Shown one piece after another: positions 54,922-64,000 of a stretch of DNA of 64,000 nucleotides. Source of the stretch: Tannerella sp. (lineage in GTDB: Bacteria; Bacteroidota; Bacteroidia; Bacteroidales; Tannerellaceae); assembly GCA_031551825.1 (NCBI GenBank), contig JAVBNB010000068.1:7477-71476 (forward strand), in the 5' to 3' direction. Each line of letters opens with the position of its first letter. Within the stretch, counting starts at the first letter, position 1. The notes below the pieces were generated by a model. That model saw only the letters and a list, made by a program, of their open reading frames with translations. It was not told the DNA's origin and searched no databases. Both the position numbers and the translations under genes were made by a program.

Positions 54922-56196
54922 TTATTGTGATTTTAAATGTTGTTTTTTTAATCTGTTGACCGCGCTTTCCAACGATTCGGTCGGTTCGATGATGTTGTAG
55001 CTACTCCAAAAGTTTTCATCCTGATAGAGCGAAACTTCCTGGCTTAATGACTGGCGTATCGAAAATGTTTCTTTGTTGGGTATGCGGGATACATTTTGAT
55101 CGTTTCTGTCGGTAATGATCGTTTCCCCGGTTACGGCATAGTTGGTTGCAAATAACTTGCGCTTCCAGTCGCATTTGAATTTTATTTCGTTTCGCATGTA
55201 GTTCAGGTATGTTTTACCACCCTGTTGCTTATAGGTGACAACATACGAAACTTCTTCAGGTGTGAACCGTAATCCTTTGGGCTTCTCTTTCAGGATTGCT
55301 TCTGTGACCTTCTGTTTGTCTTGCATTTCCATTCTGAATTCCGCGCGTGTGAATGATAATGTTTCCCTGTCGATATATAACGTTCCGATATAAAGCGGAT
55401 ATTCTGTGAGCATTTGGGGTGTAAAATGGACCACATATTGTAAACGGTCATCTATTGAGGTCGCTTCACCCATTTTGAAAGAATAAAGTGTAAGTGTTTC
55501 TTTATCTAACAGGATGTCCGGATTTTTTACCATATCTAAAAATACCGGCATATTCGGGCCTCCAAGGAATTTAACACTCAATGTGTCGGACAATTTAGGG
55601 CTTATTAATTTGCGTCCCTTCAGTACTTTTACCTGATCCCTGTCGGCCGGCAGGTCATATCCACCCTTGTATATTTCGATCACAGCTTCGGATATATTGA
55701 TATATTTCCGGCGTTTCTGGACCGTTTCCCTATAGAATCCGGTCAGCATATTAGGACTCATTGCGTAATTGTTTCCTATTTTATCGACGGCCGCTTTTAC
55801 CAGATCTCGCGGATTACGCCAGCTGAATACCTGAACTTCGCTTAGCAGAAATGATTCCAGAGTAAGAAAGAATGTTTGTCCCTCCTTGTTATTTTTAGAA
55901 ACGGTAATTAGCGCATTATAGTAACCAATGCGGGAGAGCTGAATCTCTTTAACATTGAGCGCGTTGCTTATTTTAAGAGAAAACTCCCCATCTTCGTTTG
56001 TGATTGTCCCGATGTTGGTGCCGACTGCTGATATGTTCACATGTTCGATCGCCTTTTTCGTGTTTTTGTCCTTTACAACACCACTGATCGTATAAAAATC
56101 TGTGGTTTCATTTTCCTGTGCGTTCATAGCCATCCCGCCGCTTAATAAAGCGATTGCCAACATCAGGAATACCGATAATAAACGTTTTGTTTTCAT
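54922..56196 (-). CDS. carboxypeptidase-regulatory-like domain protein (paralog of the C-terminal two-thirds of 51797-53374)
   Basis: 424 aa with signal peptide and ISGVVKDKNTKKAIEHVNISAVGTNIGTITNEDGEFSL. FYRETVQKRRKYINISEAVIEIYKGGY aligns with FYREGIDHNLRNIDLTESVLQVYKTGY. Confidence 0.6.
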   Translation of the reverse strand: MKTKRLLSVFLMLAIALLSGGMAMNAQENETTDFYTISGVVKDKNTKKAIEHVNISAVGTNIGTITNEDGEFSLKISNALNVKEIQLSRIGYYNALITVSKNNKEGQTFFLTLESFLLSEVQVFSWRNPRDLVKAAVDKIGNNYAMSPNMLTGFYRETVQKRRKYINISEAVIEIYKGGYDLPADRDQVKVLKGRKLISPKLSDTLSVKFLGGPNMPVFLDMVKNPDILLDKETLTLYSFKMGEATSIDDRLQYVVHFTPQMLTEYPLYIGTLYIDRETLSFTRAEFRMEMQDKQKVTEAILKEKPKGLRFTPEEVSYVVTYKQQGGKTYLNYMRNEIKFKCDWKRKLFATNYAVTGETIITDRNDQNVSRIPNKETFSIRQSLSQEVSLYQDENFWSSYNIIEPTESLESAVNRLKKQHLKSQ

Positions 56197-56300
56197 ATAA
56201 ATGATCTTTTAAGATTAATAATAAACATCCCTTTGCTTATATGATCGGTAAGAAACCAAAAACCCTACGAAAAAAATGAAAAAATGATTTAGTTAGTATG

Positions 56301-56346
56301 GAAAACAAAAAAACAGAGGGTATGTCAAATCTGGCATACCCTCTGT
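56301..56346 (-). terminator. groESL intrinsic terminator
   Basis: Minus strand has 11-bp stem CAGAGGGTATG / CATACCCTCTG followed by TTTTTTTGTTTTC. Confidence 0.85.
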
Positions 56347-56369
56347 TAACTATTATATTTTAGTTGGAA

Positions 56370-58013
<1,644 letters not shown>

Positions 58014-58048
58014 TTATGATTGTTTTATAGTTTTTTGAATATTGAATT

Positions 58049-58318
58049 TTAGATAATAGCCAGTACATCGGACTGGCGCATGATCAAAAATTTGCTCTCG
58101 TTTAGCTCAATCTCGGTACCTGCATATTTGCCATACAAAACCTGGTCTCCTTCTTTAAGTACCAGTTCTTCGTCTTTTGGTCCTTTGCCTACTGCAATTA
58201 CTTCACCTTTCAATGGCTTTTCTTTTGCTGAATCGGGAATGATAATACCACTTGCCGTTTTTTCTTCTGCATCTGCCGGCTTGATAAGCACTCTGTCTGC
58301 TAATGGTTTAATACTCAT
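58049..58318 (-). CDS. groES: co-chaperonin GroES
   Basis: 89 aa with [11 protein letters not shown]...[12 protein letters not shown]...GKV. Confidence 0.97.
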   Translation of the reverse strand: MSIKPLADRVLIKPADAEEKTASGIIIPDSAKEKPLKGEVIAVGKGPKDEELVLKEGDQVLYGKYAGTEIELNESKFLIMRQSDVLAII

Positions 58319-58483
58319 GATTTTAAAAAGTTTAAAGTTTATAATTAATATAAATATATCTTTTAGTTAGTACACATTCTTATACGAATATCGTGCCAAA
58401 TATTAAATGGCTGTCATTTTTGCAGTATGCCGATAGGGGTAATAAATAAAAAATGACAATATGGCGGGTGTAGTGCCACGCCT

Positions 58484-59848
58484 TTAATGTGATAAAATTT
58501 CTATCAATTCTTCAGAAGAAACTAATGTTTGTTCTCCGGAAAGCATATTTTTTAGATTGATCTTATTCTCAGAGATTTCACTTTCACCAACGAGTGCAAC
58601 ATACGGGATTTTCTTTGAATCGGCATACCCCATTTGTTTTTTCATCTTGCCTGCTTCCGGATAGATTTCCGTGCGTATACCTGCCGCTCGTATTTTGGCT
58701 ATAATGGGTAGCAGGTGGGATACTTCGGTTTCTCCGAAATTGACAAATAAAACCTGTGTCGTTTTTAATGAATCTTCCGGATATAAATTGAGCTGGTTCA
58801 GGACATCATAGATACGGTCGGCCCCAAATGATATGCCGACACCGGAAACACCTTCCATGCCAAACACGCCGGTAAGATTGTCGTATCGTCCGCCACCGGT
58901 GATACTGCCGATTTCCACATCAATCGCTTTTACTTCGAAAATAGTGCCTGTATAGTAGTTTAATCCTCTTGCAAGGGTCAGATCTGTTTCAACTTCGGCT
59001 GTGAGTGGTAATTTTTCGATATGTCCGAGTATATATTCCATTTCTTCAATGCCTTTGAGTCCGGTTTCGGAATCTTTCAGCGTTTCTTTGAGTATGGCAA
59101 GCTTTTCACGGTTGCTTCCTTTCATGATGATGACAGGTTGCAGTAATGTTAAAGCCTGTTCGGAAATACCTTTGCTCCGAAGCTCTTCATTCACATTGTC
59201 GAGGCCGATTTTATCAAGTTTGTCAATGGCTACCGTGATATCTGTTATTTTATCCGCTTCTCCGATCATCTCAGCGATACCTGAAAGAATCTTGCGGTTA
59301 TTTACTTTGATGCATACACGGATGTTGAGCCGACGGAATACTTCATCCATAATCTCTATGAATTCGACTTCATTCAGAAGTGAATCGGAGCCGACAACAT
59401 CTCCGTCGCACTGGTAAAATTCCCGGTAGCGTCCTTTCTGCGGACGATCGGCTCGCCAGACAGGTTGTATCTGATAACGCTTGAATGGGAACGAGATATC
59501 GTTCCGGTGTTGAACGACAAAGCGCGCGAAGGGAACCGTTAAATCATAACGGAGACCTTTTTCGCACGCCTTTGTTGCAAACCGGACCGAGTTTTTTTCA
59601 AGTAATTCCTGTTCCGTAAATTTTTCTAAACAATCGCCGGAATTCAATATTTTAAAAAGTAACTTATCACCTTCTTCTCCATACTTACCCATCAACGTGG
59701 ATAGGTTTTCCATCGCAGGAGTTTCTATCTGCTGAAAACCGTAGAGGTTATAAACTTCACGAATCGTATCGAAAATATAGTTGCGTTTCGCCATCTCTAT
59801 GGGCGAAAAATCACGTGTTCCTTTCGGAATGGAAGGTTTCTGTGCCAT
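58484..59848 (-). CDS. hisS: histidine--tRNA ligase
   Basis: 454 aa. GTRDF near the N-terminus, class II motif 2 [24 protein letters not shown], and motif 3 GGGRYDNL. Confidence 0.93.
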   Translation of the reverse strand: MAQKPSIPKGTRDFSPIEMAKRNYIFDTIREVYNLYGFQQIETPAMENLSTLMGKYGEEGDKLLFKILNSGDCLEKFTEQELLEKNSVRFATKACEKGLRYDLTVPFARFVVQHRNDISFPFKRYQIQPVWRADRPQKGRYREFYQCDGDVVGSDSLLNEVEFIEIMDEVFRRLNIRVCIKVNNRKILSGIAEMIGEADKITDITVAIDKLDKIGLDNVNEELRSKGISEQALTLLQPVIIMKGSNREKLAILKETLKDSETGLKGIEEMEYILGHIEKLPLTAEVETDLTLARGLNYYTGTIFEVKAIDVEIGSITGGGRYDNLTGVFGMEGVSGVGISFGADRIYDVLNQLNLYPEDSLKTTQVLFVNFGETEVSHLLPIIAKIRAAGIRTEIYPEAGKMKKQMGYADSKKIPYVALVGESEISENKINLKNMLSGEQTLVSSEELIEILSH

Positions 59849-59877
59849 TAGTTAAAAATCATCTTTATTCGAAAAAA

Positions 59878-60558
59878 TCATCTTCTGCGCATAAATATGG
59901 CAACATAGTAAAGTAATGTTGCAAGTGAGCCGAGTGCTGCTACTACATACGTATATGCTGCCGAACGAAGAGCGCCTTTGGCCATTCCGGCCGTTTCTAC
60001 GTTTGTTATCCCAGCGTTGCTCAGCCATGCGATAGCCCTTCTGCTGGCATCAATCTCTACCGGTAAAGTAATAAAACTGAATATCGTAGTTAATGAGAAA
60101 AGAATGATTCCAAGCAGTAACAATTGCGGAAAAACATTTAGAAGTAGCATTCCGCCTAATAATACCCACTGAAGGATGTTTGACGAAAAACTGACTACGG
60201 GAACAAGCGCGGAGCGCATTTTCAATGGCGCGTATGCTGTTGCGTGTTGTATGGCATGTCCACATTCGTGCGCGGCAACAGCTACGGCTGCCACGTTATA
60301 CTGATTGTATACCGCTTCACTGAGGTTTACAGTTTTTGTCGCGGGATTAAAGTGGTCTGTCAGATGTCCGGAAGTTGAAGTAACCTGTACATCATAAATT
60401 CCATTGTCATGCAGCATTTTTTCTGCAACTTCCTTTCCGCTCATCCGAAGCGGAGTTTCGGAGTATTTTTTGAATTTATGTTGCAGATTAGCTGAAACGA
60501 GCCAACTGAGTAAAGCAATTGCTCCAAATATAACCCAATACAACGTGTACATTGACAT
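59878..60558 (-). CDS. membrane zinc metallopeptidase (YugP / Zn_peptidase_2-like)
   Basis: 226 aa. HExxH in VAAHECGHAIQH, flanked by TM helices. Confidence 0.7.
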   Translation of the reverse strand: MSMYTLYWVIFGAIALLSWLVSANLQHKFKKYSETPLRMSGKEVAEKMLHDNGIYDVQVTSTSGHLTDHFNPATKTVNLSEAVYNQYNVAAVAVAAHECGHAIQHATAYAPLKMRSALVPVVSFSSNILQWVLLGGMLLLNVFPQLLLLGIILFSLTTIFSFITLPVEIDASRRAIAWLSNAGITNVETAGMAKGALRSAAYTYVVAALGSLATLLYYVAIFMRRR

Positions 60559-60603
60559 AATTTTTAATTTTTAATTAGTAATACATTTAACAAGGAAACA
60601 AAA

Positions 60604-60726
60604 ACCTTGCCAAAGACAAAGGTTCAATTGCATTAGTCGTTTCGCATGACTCGGCATAATCCGAACATAAGTTCGGATTATGCTCTCGCTACTTAAAACG
60701 TTGCTTTTATGGCAACCTTTGTCTAA
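60604..60726. repeat. Nested-hairpin structured element downstream of purA
   Basis: Inner 13-bp stem GCATAATCCGAAC-ATAA-GTTCGGATTATGC (60654-60683). Outer pairing is AGACAAAGGTT (60615-60625) with AACCTTTGTCT (60715-60725). The minus-strand local hairpin AACCTT..AAGGTT followed by a T-run may terminate purA. Confidence 0.55.
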
Positions 60727-60743
60727 AATAAATGTGAATTATG

Positions 60744-62018
60744 TTATACTTCTTCTCTTACGATCGTCTGTTCACGGTCAGGACCTACCGATACAATTAC
60801 GATAGGTACGCCGAGTTCTTCTTCAAGGAATGATAGATAAGCGTTGAATTCTTCCGGAAATTCGTTTTCGCTTTTCATCTTTGTCATATCGGTGTTCCAG
60901 CCGTCTATTTCGGTGTAGATAGGCTCAACGTCGACTTCTGCGACCTCAAACGGAAATTTTGTCACTTCCTCTCCATTAATACGATAAGCGACACAGGCTT
61001 TTATTTTGTCGAATGTATCTAAAACATCGCTTTTCATCATGATCAGTTTGGTTACGCCGTTTATCATGATCGCATAACGTAAAGCAACAAGGTCAATCCA
61101 TCCGCAACGGCGTTTACGTCCGGTTACGGAACCATATTCGTGGCCGCGTTCGCACATTTCCTCACCGATTTCGTCATGCAGTTCTGTTGGGAATGGGCCG
61201 CCACCTACGCGCGTGCAGTAAGCTTTGAATATACCATATACATCACCGATGTTACGCGGAGCAATGCCCAAACCGGAGCAGCATCCGGCGCAAATCGTGC
61301 TGGATGATGTCACATACGGGTATGAACCGAAATCAATATCTAACATCGTACCTTGTGCTCCCTCCGCCAATACGGACTTGTCGTCCTGCAGAAATTCATT
61401 TACTACATGCTCGCTATCGATGAAGTTGAATTTTTTCAGATATTCCAGCGCTTTGAACCATTCTCTTTCTAACTCGGCTATGTTATAACCATAATTCATC
61501 GCCCTCAACATATTTTCATGGCGTAACTTAGCTGCCGCATATTTTTTGTCGAAATCGTGAAGTAAATCCCCCACGCGAAGTCCGTTACGGCTGATTTTAT
61601 CGGTATACGCAGGCCCTATGCCTTTTCCCGTAGTGCCGATTTTTCCTGTCCCTTTCGCCGATTCATTCGCCGCGTCAAGTATGCGGTGCGTGGGCATGAT
61701 AAGATGCGCTTTTTTCGATATATGAAGTTGATCCACAATATTGTATCCGGCTTCGGCAAGGCTAACAGCTTCTTCTTTGAAGAGTATAGGGTCAAGAACA
61801 ACCCCATTACCGATCACATTGACTTTCCCTCCCTGGAATATCCCTGAAGGAATAGAACGGAGAATATATTTTTTGCCTTCGAACTCAAGTGTATGTCCGG
61901 CATTTGGCCCTCCCTGAAAACGCGTTACAACATCATATCTGGGTGTTAGAACGTCAACGACCTTGCCTTTGCCTTCATCACCCCATTGTAATCCTAATAA
62001 AACATCGACTTTCTTCAT
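60744..62018 (-). CDS. purA: adenylosuccinate synthase
   Basis: 424 aa with P-loop GLQWGDEGKGK, GPNAGHT and GTTGKGIGPAY. Confidence 0.97.
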   Translation of the reverse strand: MKKVDVLLGLQWGDEGKGKVVDVLTPRYDVVTRFQGGPNAGHTLEFEGKKYILRSIPSGIFQGGKVNVIGNGVVLDPILFKEEAVSLAEAGYNIVDQLHISKKAHLIMPTHRILDAANESAKGTGKIGTTGKGIGPAYTDKISRNGLRVGDLLHDFDKKYAAAKLRHENMLRAMNYGYNIAELEREWFKALEYLKKFNFIDSEHVVNEFLQDDKSVLAEGAQGTMLDIDFGSYPYVTSSSTICAGCCSGLGIAPRNIGDVYGIFKAYCTRVGGGPFPTELHDEIGEEMCERGHEYGSVTGRKRRCGWIDLVALRYAIMINGVTKLIMMKSDVLDTFDKIKACVAYRINGEEVTKFPFEVAEVDVEPIYTEIDGWNTDMTKMKSENEFPEEFNAYLSFLEEELGVPIVIVSVGPDREQTIVREEV

Positions 62019-62022
62019 TATT

Positions 62023-62520
62023 TTAATCTTTTGTTTTTGTTTTTTTATTTGTTTGTACCTCTTCTTGTGTTATCCGGAACTTACATTTTGAGCAAATACC
62101 ATAAAAATAGAGCGAATAATACTCCGGTGTAAATTTAGGTATTTTATAGTCTGCAAAAAGAACATTCACCTTATCAATTTTTATCTTACGTACTGTGCCG
62201 CAATGTGTGCATATCACATGATTATGTTGTTCGGCAATGTACTTAAGTTCGTATTGCACAATAGCGCTGGTAAATTGATGACGCACGACAATTTTGGCGT
62301 CAAGTAACAATTCCATTGTATTATAAACAGAAGCGCGGCTTACATGAAAATTCGTATTTTCCAATTGTAGCCAGATCATTTCAAGCGTAAACGGATCTTT
62401 TGTCTGGCATACAGTTGTGAATATAGCGTCACGCTCAGCCGTATTTCTGAGCTTTTTGTTTTTCAGGTAATCGGAAAACGACTTTAGCAATGTATCAGCA
62501 TTATTATATGTTGAGTCCAT
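62023..62520 (-). CDS. Fur-family metalloregulator
   Basis: 165 aa. Winged-helix N-domain, HHNHVICTHCG and C-terminal CSKC metal sites. Confidence 0.75.
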   Translation of the reverse strand: MDSTYNNADTLLKSFSDYLKNKKLRNTAERDAIFTTVCQTKDPFTLEMIWLQLENTNFHVSRASVYNTMELLLDAKIVVRHQFTSAIVQYELKYIAEQHNHVICTHCGTVRKIKIDKVNVLFADYKIPKFTPEYYSLYFYGICSKCKFRITQEEVQTNKKTKTKD

Positions 62521-62577
62521 TTTTGTTAATAAGTAGATTAATAAGCGCCGAACAAAGATACTCTTTTTTTTGAGATA

Positions 62578-64000
62578 TCAATTGTATGTCGGTAAAAAAG
62601 AGTAATTTTTGCTGTACCGAAGCATTTGGTCCGTAAACCCTTCCGTGTAGTCGAGAGTTATATCCATAACTTCTCCGTTTTCATTTTTAACAGTTTTCAT
62701 TACAGGGTTTATAAAGCCTTTGTAAGGGGCAAGATTTAAACGCGCGTAACGCGTCAGAACTTCGTCATGTAAAGTCCGGTCTACTTTAACACCATAATCT
62801 TCCACAAGCAACTTGCAGGCCTCGAAATCGCCTTCGCTTTTGATACGTTGGACTTCGGCCAACAGTTCTCCGAATAGTTTGTGAAGCTTTTCATAGTCAT
62901 TAATGATGATATATGTTTTATCATCACGTTTTTCGAAGGAAATGACATTTTCCGGCTTTCCTTTTTCATAAACCCATCCGGCAATAAGTTGACGGTTGCG
63001 CATGTGTGCCTCTTCTATATTTTTGCCCGGCTGTATGCGTACCAACTGCGTCATAAGGCCGTTCATCATAAATTTATAATATTCGGATTTATACGCGTCC
63101 GCATCATTCAGTAATCCTAATTCAATCAGTTTTTTATCAGCTAAGTAATATAAAGCGAAAAGGTCGGCGCGCGCTTCTTCGAGTGTGGAGCTATACGCTC
63201 CGAGTCCGTCAGGATCGACACCGGGCAGTATGATGCCGGAGCCATGTCCCAGACATTCGTGAAGATCCGTATGGAGATTATCGGTCGTAAATCCGTATTT
63301 TTTCATGAGTTCCCGTTCGGTATCGCTCCAGGCAAATTCTTCACTAAACCCATTTCCCTGCGATGCTTTATCGTAGGCTTCCGTTATATTTTCGATGGTT
63401 ACGGATTTTGAGCCGTATTGCTCCCGGATCCAGTTTGAGTTGGGAAGATTGATGCCGATCGGGGTGGCAGGGTAGCAGTCGCCTCCAAGCATTGTGACGG
63501 TGATAACTTTTGCACTGACACCCTTCACCTCTTTCTTTTTGAAGCGTGGATCGGTTGGGGAGTTTTCCTCAAACCACTGAGCATTATCGCTGATTATTTT
63601 GGTCCGTTTGGTCGCTTCCTTATTGACGAAGTTGACGGTTGATTCCCAACTGGCTTTCATACCGAGCGGATCGCCGTATGTTTCCGTAAAACCATTGACG
63701 AAGTCAACATCGGAATGAATATCCTGTACCCATAATATGGCATAAGCGTCGAAAGCTTTCAGGTCACCGGTATTGTAGTATTCGATTAGTTTTTCAATAA
63801 CGGCTTTCTGGGCTTCGTTTTCTGCAAAACCGGTAGCTTTTTTGAGTTCACTGACAATTTGTTCGATCGCTTCTGTATAAAGCCCCCCGACTTTCCATAC
63901 TTTTTCTATTAATTGTCCGTTTTCTTTTGAAAGCCGGCTGTTAAGTCCGAAAGATACCGGTGTTTTGTCTTCCGGTTTTTTCATTTTTGCATAAAAATCA
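62578..64000 (-). CDS. dipeptidyl-peptidase III (M49) family metallopeptidase, C-terminal part (frame open to window end)
   Basis: HECLGHGSG (HExxGH) plus EEARADL (second zinc motif). The listed Met at 63984 is probably internal, since the frame stays open to nt 64000 and M49 enzymes are usually longer. Confidence 0.75.
   Translation of the reverse strand, partial: DFYAKMKKPEDKTPVSFGLNSRLSKENGQLIEKVWKVGGLYTEAIEQIVSELKKATGFAENEAQKAVIEKLIEYYNTGDLKAFDAYAILWVQDIHSDVDFVNGFTETYGDPLGMKASWESTVNFVNKEATKRTKIISDNAQWFEENSPTDPRFKKKEVKGVSAKVITVTMLGGDCYPATPIGINLPNSNWIREQYGSKSVTIENITEAYDKASQGNGFSEEFAWSDTERELMKKYGFTTDNLHTDLHECLGHGSGIILPGVDPDGLGAYSSTLEEARADLFALYYLADKKLIELGLLNDADAYKSEYYKFMMNGLMTQLVRIQPGKNIEEAHMRNRQLIAGWVYEKGKPENVISFEKRDDKTYIIINDYEKLHKLFGELLAEVQRIKSEGDFEACKLLVEDYGVKVDRTLHDEVLTRYARLNLAPYKGFINPVMKTVKNENGEVMDITLDYTEGFTDQMLRYSKNYSFLPTYN

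Noticed and set aside
58381-58400. TGGCAC-N5-TCGT upstream of groES, resembling a sigma-54 -24/-12 promoter.
   Set aside because: The -12 element (TTGC) is not matched (TCGT), and groESL is not known to me as a sigma-54 target. It is likely a chance match.

Overview
This is a 64-kb chromosomal window from a Bacteroidota (Bacteroidales-type) genome. That call rests on TTTG / TAnnTTTG promoters, a SusC/SusD polysaccharide utilization locus (PUL), a hybrid two-component regulator and ECF/FecR pairs. Layout: (1) 1-9055 holds core genes: the 3' part of an MMPL-type transporter, a CrtI-like oxidoreductase, a DUF2961 protein, lysS, gpsA and pgi. (2) 9176-16293 is a thiamine operon driven by a TPP riboswitch with a terminator/antiterminator: SAM-methyltransferase, tenA, thiD, thiS, two thiE-like genes, thiG, thiH, thiF. 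Two inverted copies of a ~170-bp palindromic repeat interrupt this operon. (3) 16294-25037 is a visibly AT-richer accessory island. It contains two small unknown genes and a HEPN (Rx4H) protein preceded by a tRNA-like leader RNA plus terminator. It also has a second aberrant type-II tRNA-like gene and a decayed mobilization module whose accessory gene carries an in-frame TAG. The island ends with a compact operon of XRE-HTH / OLD-like ABC-ATPase-TOPRIM / ParB-like protein / Dam-like N6-adenine methyltransferase. I consider this operon the best candidate for an undescribed defence system. (4) 25111-51623 is a minus-strand PUL: two GH78 rhamnosidases, a GH127-like enzyme, two esterases, two paralogous uncharacterised GH-like proteins, a FucP-like MFS transporter, a sugar-phosphate isomerase-like gene, SusC/SusD and an HTCS regulator. 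(5) 51797-56196 holds an ECF sigma, a FecR anti-sigma and an unusual STN-domain protein without a TonB barrel, plus a paralog of it. (6) 56370-64000 is core again: groEL/groES, hisS, a Zn-peptidase, purA, fur and a DPP-III that runs off the window. No rRNA, CRISPR array, integrase or transposase was seen. All calls come from reading motifs by eye; no database search was run.
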